Origin: SAR86 cluster bacterium
GTDB lineage: Bacteria > Pseudomonadota > Gammaproteobacteria > Magnimaribacterales > Magnimaribacteraceae
NCBI GenBank assembly: GCA_029268615.1
Contig: JAQWNM010000004.1
Location: 37,966 to 101,965, forward strand
Reading direction: 5' to 3'
DNA: 64,000 nt
In this document: piece by piece, positions 30,312 through 37,732 of the stretch
How positions within the stretch are numbered: position 1 is the first letter of the stretch
How the letters are laid out: every line of letters begins with the position of its first letter
Translations under genes and position numbers: made by a program
The notes under the pieces: model-generated
Databases searched by the model: none
What the model saw: only the letters and a program-made list of their open reading frames with translations
Told to the model about the DNA's origin: nothing

Positions 30312-30965
30312 TTAAAATTCTTTAACTAAACTTAATCCTATTGTGGTTGGATCAATTGGAACATCAAATTCAAAGCTATTGGGCAAGATTCCTTTTAAGC
30401 TTGAATTATCAATATTGGTTACTTTTGCTTTAGATTCAATTTTAAATTTTCTAATATCTAAATTTAGAATTATTTGATCTGATAATGCCCAATCAAAGCC
30501 AATTTGAAATACTAGATCAGTAGATCTTCCAATATCTAGGGAAGATCCTTCTAAAGGGCCTACAGTCTCTTCTTTAAAGAAAAAGGTGTGATTTAACCCT
30601 ATGCCAATATAGCTCCTAAATTTAGAATCTGGATTGAAATAATATTGCGCTGTTATAGTAGGAGGTAAATGTTTAGCGGATGCTATTTTTAAACCAGTGC
30701 CCAATGCTTTATCAAATATCTCGTGTTCAAAAGGAAGTCCTGCTAGAACTTCTATTCCTAAATTATCAGTTATCAGATAAGCAAATGTAGCTGTAAGGTT
30801 AGATTTGTCATCTACATCGACAATACTTCCATTATTAGAAGCTGGGTTAATGTTTGTATATCCAGCTCGAACAATCCAATCTCCCTTTTCTACAGCATAA
30901 ATACTTCCTGAAAGTAGTATTAAAATAAATAATAACGTTTTTGTTATTAAGCTAATTTTTTGCAT
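30312..30965 (-). CDS. ompW: OmpW-family outer-membrane protein
   Basis: 217 aa. Signal peptide ending SIYA. OmpW-like 8-strand barrel pattern (GDWIVRAGYTNINP, HLPPTITAQYYF) and C-terminal aromatic residue. Confidence 0.85.
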   Translation of the reverse strand: MQKISLITKTLLFILILLSGSIYAVEKGDWIVRAGYTNINPASNNGSIVDVDDKSNLTATFAYLITDNLGIEVLAGLPFEHEIFDKALGTGLKIASAKHLPPTITAQYYFNPDSKFRSYIGIGLNHTFFFKEETVGPLEGSSLDIGRSTDLVFQIGFDWALSDQIILNLDIRKFKIESKAKVTNIDNSSLKGILPNSFEFDVPIDPTTIGLSLVKEF

Positions 30966-31103
30966 TTTATATTCTCCTTAAAAAATTCAAGGAGAGCGAC
31001 TCTAATGAATAATTCCTAATTAATAGGGATATCACATTCTTAAACCACCTTGCCAGATATGGTAGGTTGGTGAGAGCTTCACTCTACTCTTGATGCAATT
31101 AAT

Positions 31104-31202
31104 AAAAAAAAACCCGCCAGCTTTCGCTAAACAGGTCAATAAATGAATTTCCTTATTTAGCTGAATTTATAAAGCACCCGCAAGCTGGTTCAAATCGGTG
31201 CT
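31104..31202 (-). ncRNA. Candidate small RNA (about 100 nt), unnamed
   Basis: Minus strand. A promoter-like element lies upstream. 5' hairpin GCACC...GGUGC (31199-31172), AU-rich central region, then a GAAA-tetraloop stem (31135-31113) with three G-U pairs that exist only in the minus-strand RNA, followed by U9 (31112-31104). No minus-strand gene upstream could use this terminator. Confidence 0.45.
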
Positions 31203-31208
31203 GAGATC

Positions 31209-31236
31209 ATTATATGTATGAATATACTTTTAGCAA
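31209..31236 (-). promoter_or_regulatory. Candidate sigma70 promoter for the sRNA
   Basis: On the minus strand: TTGCTA (31236-31231), a 16-nt spacer, then consensus TATAAT (31214-31209). Confidence 0.45.
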
Positions 31237-31325
31237 TATGTATTTCCCCTTTCTTTTTTTTATTAATCTTTTAATATATATTTTTAAATATATATCTTTA
31301 ACTATTAATAGATAAAGAAATTTAA

Positions 31326-32522
31326 ATGACATTAAGACAAGAAGGCTGGGAAATACATCCTGATGAATTTATATCTAGGGCTAAAAAGTTACAGCCTTTA
31401 TTAAAGGAAAGAGCCCAGAAGACAAGAGAAGATAGAAGGGTGTCCAAAGAAACTATACAAGATCTGAAGGATGCAGAATTTTTTAGGATGATGAGACCAA
31501 AGAAATGGGGTGGTTATGAAATGAATCCTAAGTACTTCTACGATGTTGTTTTTGAAATTTCCCGCGTCTGTCCTTCAACTGGATGGGTACTTAGTGTAGT
31601 TGGAGTCCATGATTGGCAAATGGCATTATTGGATGATCAAGCAGCTAATGATGTTTGGGGTGAAGATTTAGATACTTTGGTTTGTTCATCTTATATGCCA
31701 ACAGGAAAAACAACTCCTACTGATGGTGGAGTAATCTTTAATGGGACTTGGAACTTTAGTTCAGGTTGCGATCACGCTAAATGGGCTTTTCTTGGTGGAA
31801 TGATGGCAGCAGGAGAGGGTCCAGTTGACTTAGGGGATATAAAATCTTTTTTAGTTCCCTCTACTGATTTTGAAATTATAGATGATTGGCATACAACGGG
31901 TCTGCAAGGTTCAGGTAGTAAAACAATAGTTGTTAAAGATGCCTTTGTTCCATCCTATAGAATCCATGGATTTAAAGAAGGATATGAATGTAACAGCCCT
32001 GGCAACAAAATAAATAAATCTCCAATTTTTAAATTACCATTCGGTCAGGTTTTTGTAAGAGCTGTCTCTATGCCCAGTGTTGGCACTGCTCAAGGAGCAT
32101 TAGATGCTTATTGCGAATATAATAAGTCGCGTTTAAGCAGTACTGGTGTTCCAGCCTCTACCAATCCTGCGAGTCTTCATGCTGCCACTGTTACAAATAG
32201 CGCTATAAGGTCAGCTATTTTAAAAATGCATGATGCTTATGACAGCCTTCTAGGTTATGTAGATACAAAAAAAGATTTTCCTGATCATGTAAGGGCGGAA
32301 TATAGATATGATGCAGCTGAGGCAGTAACGTCATGTGTCTCAGCTGTCCAAGATTTATTATCTAACTCAGGCGGTAGAGCCATTCATCAAGGAAATGCCG
32401 TCAATGATTTTTTACAAGATATGCAAGCTTTCAGGCAGCATGCTGCTAATCAGCCACATGCACTAGATGTAAATTTAGGGTCAGTACTTTTTGGTGAACC
32501 TAATTCAGATCATTTTTCATAG
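31326..32522 (+). CDS. Acyl-CoA-dehydrogenase-fold flavin-dependent monooxygenase (HsaA / HpaH-C2 / DszC-like, two-component oxygenase subunit)
   Basis: 398 aa. The N-terminus follows the HsaA/C2 pattern (RAKKLQPLLKERAQKTREDRRVSKETIQDLKDAEFFRMMRPKKWGGYE...STGWVLSVVGVHDWQMAL...WNFSSGCDHAKWAFLGG). It lacks the classic ACAD catalytic-base context. Confidence 0.7.
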   Translation: MTLRQEGWEIHPDEFISRAKKLQPLLKERAQKTREDRRVSKETIQDLKDAEFFRMMRPKKWGGYEMNPKYFYDVVFEISRVCPSTGWVLSVVGVHDWQMALLDDQAANDVWGEDLDTLVCSSYMPTGKTTPTDGGVIFNGTWNFSSGCDHAKWAFLGGMMAAGEGPVDLGDIKSFLVPSTDFEIIDDWHTTGLQGSGSKTIVVKDAFVPSYRIHGFKEGYECNSPGNKINKSPIFKLPFGQVFVRAVSMPSVGTAQGALDAYCEYNKSRLSSTGVPASTNPASLHAATVTNSAIRSAILKMHDAYDSLLGYVDTKKDFPDHVRAEYRYDAAEAVTSCVSAVQDLLSNSGGRAIHQGNAVNDFLQDMQAFRQHAANQPHALDVNLGSVLFGEPNSDHFS

Positions 32523-32543
32523 TTCCAATCAATAAATTTTTTC

Positions 32544-32575
32544 AAAACTACCATCAAAGTTTAGGTGGTTTTTTT
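32544..32575 (+). terminator. Rho-independent terminator
   Basis: AAAACUACC (32544-32552) / GGUGGUUUU (32564-32572), with one G-U pair that is plus-strand specific. T-run 32569-32575. Confidence 0.65.
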
Positions 32576-32638
32576 AATGTTATGTATAATAAATTATAGA
32601 ACTATAAGTTCCGTAATTTCTTTAAAGGAGGACACCAA

Positions 32639-35038
32639 ATGTTAAAATCTATAAAAATTTTCTTTTTCTATTTATTTAGTTTTAATTTTATTTATTTATT
32701 ACCTCTTCTTTATACAAATTTTTTATTTGCAGATGAGCAGGATGAGTCTTTACTGTCTATTGAAGAAGTAATAGTGACAGCTAGAAAAAAGTCTGAGAAT
32801 CTTCAATCCGTCCCTGTTTCTATTACAGCCCTGACTGCCAGTCAAATAGAAGATAGTTTTTTACCCGATATTAATAGTTTAGATCAACTTGTTCCAAATC
32901 TAAGTATGACAACTAGTACTGAAGGAAGCGGATCAACTGTTCAAGCTTTCATTAGAGGAATTGGAGAAGCAGATTTTGCACCTGTCTTGGATCCTGGCGT
33001 AGGCATATATGTCGATGGAGTTTATTTAGCTAGAACCATGGGATCTAACTTAGAATTTAATGACATTGAAAGAATATCCGTTCTAAGAGGTCCGCAAGGA
33101 ACTTTGTATGGAAGAAACACAATAGGAGGTGCAATAAACATAGTCACTAGAGAACCTTCAGGGAATGCTCCAAGTAAAATATCTATTACAACCGGAGAAT
33201 ATGGATATATAGGATTTTCTGGTTATAGTGAAGCTTCACTAAGTGAATCAACTTCAGCAAGCATTGCAGTTTTATCTAAACAATCAGATGGGTGGCAAAA
33301 AAGGGATAATGCAGATAATGGCGGAAATCATGACATGATGGGCGCAAGAGCCCATTTAGTTTATGTATCTGATGATAATTTTAAATCTCATTTAATTTTT
33401 GACACAACTACACAAGATCAACAAACACAACCAAATGTCTTAGCTGATTTTGATGGAACTCAAATATTTCCTAGTTTTTATAATGGCTTTGTAGCTTCGA
33501 TGACAGGTTCTGTTTGCTGCACACCAAATAAAGATATAGATAGGAGCTCAAATTCAAATCTAACTAAAGATGAAGTAGATACTTTTGGCTTTAGTTGGAC
33601 AAATTCATGGGATTTAGGCTCAAGTAATTTTAAATCAATAACAGGTTATAGAGACTTAGAATCAGAGCAGTTTCGAGATAGTGACAATAGCCCTTTACCT
33701 TTTTTTAGTGTAGGAACTCAGATAGAGCATGATCAAATAAGTCAAGAGTTTATATTATCTGGAAATAGCAATAATGACTCCCTAGAATGGGTATTAGGAG
33801 CTTATTATTTTCAAGAAGATACTTTTCATGGCACAGATGTAACGGTAGGTGAGGGCCTCTTTCAATCTCTATCCTCTTTACCTTTTTCTATAACTTTATT
33901 TCCAGGAGGTCCCCCGCTAGCCTTCTTAGCTATTCCATTTGATTTATCTCTTAGGTATGACAGAAATCAAAAGGTCACTAGTAAAGCTGTTTATGCCCAT
34001 TCAATTTATAGAATGTCAGATAATTTACGGTTAACTTTAGCAGCTAGATATACTAAAGATGAAAAAGAAATGTCTATGTTTACTTTAAAAAGGGCAAGTC
34101 AAGTACCTATTATTGCGCCAGGTCCTACAGATGAAGAGAGTTGCGGAGATGTAAGAATGCAAGGCAAAGGAAGTATTTATAATTGCTCTAATTCTTGGTC
34201 TGAGTTTTCACCTAAAATTGGCATAGATTATCAAGTAAATGATGATGTAATGACTTACTTTCATGTTTCTAAAGGCTTTAGGAGTGGTGTTTTCAATGCT
34301 AGGCCTCTAGCCCCAAATGAAGTTTCTTCTGCTGAACCAGAAACCCTTACAAGCTATGAAGTAGGCTTTAAATCACAATGGCATGATAATCGTTTTCAAT
34401 TAAATGGTTCTATATTTAATCAAGAATATGAAAATCAACAATTTCTAGTGAATAGAAGTTCTGATTCAGCTGCAGGCGCCTTAGCCTTAATAGTAGAAAA
34501 TGCGGCAGAATCCAGTGCTCTGGGCTTTGAATTAGACTTTCTTGCATTGATTAATAATTCTTTAACCTTTAGGGGTGGTATAAGTCATATAGATCCAGAA
34601 TATGATTCTTTTCAAGAGCGAATCCCAGACCCTAACAATCCTGGTTCAAGCATCTTAAATGATGTGAGTGATAGACCTTTTAGGTATTCTCCAGATTGGA
34701 CTGCTAATTTAGGCCTAGAGTACTCCGTACCAATTGTATCAACAGGAGGCACTCTTAGACTTCATTCTCATTTAGCATACAAAGGTCAAGTTTATTATTC
34801 TTTTGATAGAGCTGCTAGTTCCTTTGATCTTTTTGATGTAGACGGGTTTACCACTGTAAATGCTGGTTTAACTTATATATCTTCTGATCAAAAATGGGAA
34901 ATTTCAGCTTATGGAAAAAATCTATCTGACAAAAGATCTATCATAGGAGGATTTGGAGTTGACGCATTTGGTTCTACTGACGTTAGATATTCTGATCCTA
35001 GAATTATGTATCTGAGCTTTAAATACGTTACAGATTAA
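32639..35038 (+). CDS. TonB-dependent outer-membrane receptor
   Basis: 799 aa with a strong SD (AGGAGG). Signal peptide, plug (IEEVIVTARK, ISVLRGPQGTLYGRNTIGGAINIVT), barrel and C-terminal ...YLSFKYVTD. Confidence 0.9.
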   Translation: MLKSIKIFFFYLFSFNFIYLLPLLYTNFLFADEQDESLLSIEEVIVTARKKSENLQSVPVSITALTASQIEDSFLPDINSLDQLVPNLSMTTSTEGSGSTVQAFIRGIGEADFAPVLDPGVGIYVDGVYLARTMGSNLEFNDIERISVLRGPQGTLYGRNTIGGAINIVTREPSGNAPSKISITTGEYGYIGFSGYSEASLSESTSASIAVLSKQSDGWQKRDNADNGGNHDMMGARAHLVYVSDDNFKSHLIFDTTTQDQQTQPNVLADFDGTQIFPSFYNGFVASMTGSVCCTPNKDIDRSSNSNLTKDEVDTFGFSWTNSWDLGSSNFKSITGYRDLESEQFRDSDNSPLPFFSVGTQIEHDQISQEFILSGNSNNDSLEWVLGAYYFQEDTFHGTDVTVGEGLFQSLSSLPFSITLFPGGPPLAFLAIPFDLSLRYDRNQKVTSKAVYAHSIYRMSDNLRLTLAARYTKDEKEMSMFTLKRASQVPIIAPGPTDEESCGDVRMQGKGSIYNCSNSWSEFSPKIGIDYQVNDDVMTYFHVSKGFRSGVFNARPLAPNEVSSAEPETLTSYEVGFKSQWHDNRFQLNGSIFNQEYENQQFLVNRSSDSAAGALALIVENAAESSALGFELDFLALINNSLTFRGGISHIDPEYDSFQERIPDPNNPGSSILNDVSDRPFRYSPDWTANLGLEYSVPIVSTGGTLRLHSHLAYKGQVYYSFDRAASSFDLFDVDGFTTVNAGLTYISSDQKWEISAYGKNLSDKRSIIGGFGVDAFGSTDVRYSDPRIMYLSFKYVTD

Positions 35039-35083
35039 AATTAAATAACATAATTTCTGAAGCCTTTTAATAAATTAGAAAGT

Positions 35084-35581
35084 ATGGATATAAATAAACG
35101 TATTCAAGTACTAGAAGACATAGAAGAAATTAAAAATTTAAAGTCTAGATATTTGAATGCTTGCGATGATCAAGATCCAGATAAAGCCATGAATTGTTTT
35201 GCCTCCGGTAAGATAATTATAGATATGGGGCATGTAGGTTTCTTTGAAACTAGAGAAAGTTTTGCGGAATTATATAAATCCGCTGGATGCCATGATTATA
35301 TTATGGATCTTCATCATGGTTCAAATCCAGAAATTAAAGTCATAGATGACAATGCAAAGGGTCTTTGGGGGCTAAATTATAGAAATATTAATCTTCTAAA
35401 TAAAACGGCAACGCTTATTAGCGCTTTTTATCATGATCAATACAAAAGAATAAATAATGAATGGAAAATAGTCTCAAGTATAACTGAATATAAATCAGCT
35501 CTTCACTTAGATTACTCTGAGGATGTTCTTAAAACAATCATTGCTGATAAGTCTACAGCAGGCTCAGTAAAATATAGCTAA
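35084..35581 (+). CDS. SnoaL-like / NTF2-family protein
   Basis: 165 aa. The N-terminal EDIEEIKNLKSRYLNACDDQDPDKAMNCF pattern is typical of SnoaL_4 proteins. Confidence 0.7.
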   Translation: MDINKRIQVLEDIEEIKNLKSRYLNACDDQDPDKAMNCFASGKIIIDMGHVGFFETRESFAELYKSAGCHDYIMDLHHGSNPEIKVIDDNAKGLWGLNYRNINLLNKTATLISAFYHDQYKRINNEWKIVSSITEYKSALHLDYSEDVLKTIIADKSTAGSVKYS

Positions 35582-35602
35582 TTAAAATTAATTAACAAAA
35601 AT

Positions 35603-36484
35603 ATGACTTCAAAAAAAAATAGAATAATTCTAGTAACGGGTGCAAGTAGAGGAGTTGGAAAGGGCGTAGCACTTGGCTTATCAGAAAAAGGGGATACTGT
35701 CATAATAACTGGACGCTCATTAAAAAAAGGAACTTCGGTTAGTCAATTTGGTCTTAATCTTGATAGTAGCTTAGAGGTTACAGCAGAAGAGATAAACAGA
35801 AAAGGAGCTCAAGCAATAACCTATCAAATTGATCAAAACAACGATGAAGAAGTTAAGAAGTTAGTAGAAATGGTTAAATCCGAATATGGAAGATTGGACA
35901 TCTTAGTGCACGCCTCTTGCCAAATACATGATGATTTAGTGAAACCACTTCCTTTTTGGGAGAAATCTAAAGATATGTGGTCGTTAGTTGATGTAGGACT
36001 TAGATCTAATTATATATTATCTTATTATGCAGCTCCTTTAATGATTGAACAAAATGAAGGTCTTATTGTCCATATCTCTTCACATGGAGCAAGGTGTTAT
36101 ATGCATGGTCCAGCTTATGGAGCTCAAAAAGCTGGGATGGATAAGATGTCTTTCGATATGGCTAGTGATTTAGAATCTTTTAATGTTGCTTCAATATCTT
36201 TATGGTCAGGAATAGTTTTGGATGAAAAAACTGAGTTAGTAAGCGAAAGTCAAGATGATACATATAAGGAGTTTTTAAAAGGAGGCGCTAGTCAACTATA
36301 CGCTGGTTTTGTTATAGATGCTTTATCAAAAGACAAAGAGTATATGAGACACTCAGGTAAGGTTTTGATTATGCAAGAATTAGGTGAGCTTTATGGTGTA
36401 GAAGATATTGAAGGAAGAAGTCCAATTAGTGATAGAGCTACTCTCGGTGGTCCGAAAGACTTTGAGCCAGCTAAAGTTTTTTAA
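35603..36484 (+). CDS. Short-chain dehydrogenase/reductase (SDR)
   Basis: 293 aa. Cofactor motif VTGASRGVGKG and catalytic YGAQKAG (YxxxK). Confidence 0.85.
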   Translation: MTSKKNRIILVTGASRGVGKGVALGLSEKGDTVIITGRSLKKGTSVSQFGLNLDSSLEVTAEEINRKGAQAITYQIDQNNDEEVKKLVEMVKSEYGRLDILVHASCQIHDDLVKPLPFWEKSKDMWSLVDVGLRSNYILSYYAAPLMIEQNEGLIVHISSHGARCYMHGPAYGAQKAGMDKMSFDMASDLESFNVASISLWSGIVLDEKTELVSESQDDTYKEFLKGGASQLYAGFVIDALSKDKEYMRHSGKVLIMQELGELYGVEDIEGRSPISDRATLGGPKDFEPAKVF

Positions 36485-36518
36485 TTTTTTGCAGTAAGTT
36501 ATATAATTAGTTTTATTT

Positions 36519-36595
36519 GGGTCTGTAGCTCACTTGGATAGAGTATCTGGCTTCGAACCAGAGGGTAGCAGGTTCGAATCCTGCCAGGCCCGCCA
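36519..36595 (+). tRNA. tRNA-Arg (anticodon UCG)
   Basis: 77-nt cloverleaf. Acceptor GGGUCUG/CAGGCCC, D-arm AGCUCACUUGGAUAGAGU, anticodon stem UCUGG/CCAGA with loop CUUCGAA (UCG at 36553-36555), T-arm GCAGG UUCGAAU CCUGC, encoded CCA. Confidence 0.93.
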
Positions 36596-36646
36596 AAATC
36601 TTTAAAAAAATTTTAGGGAACTCAAAAAAAATCTGATAATGTAATA

Positions 36647-36881
36647 GACAGGGTGTCCCCACTGAGTCTTAAAACAAGGGAAGACTTAGGTGCGGTTTGT
36701 TTAATTATCCCTTAAAGGAGGTGGTCTAAAATTAGTATTTATATAATAGCAGGAACGACAGGAGGTGCCTTCTGACACGGGGTTTCCCCCGGTTCCGGCT
36801 GCCAATTTTTTAATATAAGGCAGTTGAAGTGGAGTTGCGATACTCCCTTTGGGAAGCCCCGCATATAGCGGGGCTTTTTTT
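36647..36881 (+). ncRNA. Unclassified structured RNA: either a cis-regulatory leader of panBC or an independent sRNA. The 5' end is approximate.
   Basis: G+C-enriched island in an AT-rich spacer. It contains a 9-bp hairpin (36662-36670 / 36681-36689), a three-way junction (P1 36749-36756 / 36792-36802; P2 36759-36774; P3 36779-36789), the alternative pairing CUGCC (36799-36803) / GGCAG (36819-36823), a hairpin at 36831-36846, and a terminal intrinsic terminator. Confidence 0.45.
36854..36881 (+). terminator. Rho-independent terminator immediately upstream of panB
   Basis: AAGCCCCGC (36854-36862) / GCGGGGCUU (36868-36876), 5-nt loop, T7 run to 36881. It lies 33 nt before the panB ATG. Confidence 0.8.
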
Positions 36882-36913
36882 AGTTATAATGGCATTCTAA
36901 TTAATATAAAATT

Positions 36914-37732
36914 ATGAGTTCTCAACAAAACAACTCTTCAGTTACTCTAAATACCTTAAATAATATGAAGGAAAGAGGCGAAAAGATCTGTTGCCTAACA
37001 GCTTATGACTCTACTTTTTCTAATATCCTCAGTAACTCAGGTGTGGACGTTATTTTAGTGGGCGATTCTTTGGGAATGGTACTTCAAGGTCATGATAGTA
37101 CTCTGCCAGTTACAATGGATGACATAATTTATCATATTGGGAATGTAAAAAGAGCAGGCCCTCGATCTTTAATAATGGGTGATATGCCTTTCATGAGCTA
37201 TGCTTCAGAAGAGCAAACATTAAAAAACGCAGCTCAATTAATGCAAGCAGGTGCACACTGCATAAAATTAGAAGGAAATTCATGGATTAGTAAATCTACA
37301 TTTTTACTTTCTGAAAGAGGGATACCCGTATGCGCGCATATGGGTCTGACACCTCAATCTGTAAATCGGATAGGTGGTTATATAGTTCAAGGAAGAGATC
37401 CAAAAAAGGCTGATGATATTCTTAAAGAAGCTTTAATTCTTCAAGATGCAGGAGCAAGTATGTTGCTATTGGAATGTGTTCCTCAAAAGCTAGCTAAAAG
37501 AATAACAGAGAACTTAGATATACCTGTTATTGGAATTGGTGCAGGAGTAGATGTAGATGGGCAAATAATGGTTATTTATGATTTATTGGGAATAACTCAA
37601 ATGGAATCACCACCTAAGTTTGTTAAAAACTTTTTAGATGAGACTTCTGGAGGAGTAGAATCAGCTGTACGGTTATATGTTGAAAGTGTAAAAGATAAAT
37701 CTTTCCCAGCTGAAATTCATTCTTTTAATTAA
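36914..37732 (+). CDS. panB: 3-methyl-2-oxobutanoate hydroxymethyltransferase
   Basis: 272 aa. CLTAYDSTFSNIL...ILVGDSLGMVLQGHDSTLPVT...CIKLEG...HMGLTPQS. Confidence 0.93.
   Translation: MSSQQNNSSVTLNTLNNMKERGEKICCLTAYDSTFSNILSNSGVDVILVGDSLGMVLQGHDSTLPVTMDDIIYHIGNVKRAGPRSLIMGDMPFMSYASEEQTLKNAAQLMQAGAHCIKLEGNSWISKSTFLLSERGIPVCAHMGLTPQSVNRIGGYIVQGRDPKKADDILKEALILQDAGASMLLLECVPQKLAKRITENLDIPVIGIGAGVDVDGQIMVIYDLLGITQMESPPKFVKNFLDETSGGVESAVRLYVESVKDKSFPAEIHSFN

Noticed and set aside
31044-31071. Bulged 7-bp hairpin ACCACCU-N13-AGGUUGGU in the ompW upstream region.
   Set aside because: It forms equally well on either strand, has no adjacent U-tract or recognisable motif, and I cannot assign a strand or function. 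It is noted only as part of the unusually structured 30966-31325 spacer.
31085-31104. FNR/CRP-type site near the ompW promoter (TTAATTGCATCAAG).
   Set aside because: The half-sites are separated by 3 nt rather than 4, and the left half is TTAAT rather than TTGAT. This is insufficient to call.
36714-36728. Strong SD-like AAGGAGGUG followed by a GTG-GTC-TAA mini-ORF inside the structured RNA.
   Set aside because: A two-codon ORF whose start overlaps the SD is not credible coding. The purine-rich segment is more likely part of the RNA structure, or an anti-SD-like element.
36647-36881. Assignment of the panBC-upstream RNA to a known riboswitch class (TPP, cobalamin, ZTP, guanidine-I/ykkC, glycine, FMN, c-di-GMP, lysine).
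   Set aside because: Only fragmentary resemblances are present (AGGGAA..GGUGCGG, CAGGAGGUGCC, GGUUCCGGC, ACACGGGG). They are in the wrong order or lack the obligatory partner motifs (for example no CCUGAUCUGG for TPP and no CCCGCAACUG for B12). A covariance-model search is needed and I cannot call a class.
36610-36881. CsrB/RsmY/RsmZ-like CsrA-sponge RNA (seven GGA triplets plus a terminator).
   Set aside because: The GGA count is only modestly above expectation for this locally G-rich stretch. In my fold most GGA triplets sit in stems rather than hairpin loops. No GacA/UvrY box (TGTAAG-N6-CTTACA) is visible upstream. It is kept only as a low-probability alternative.
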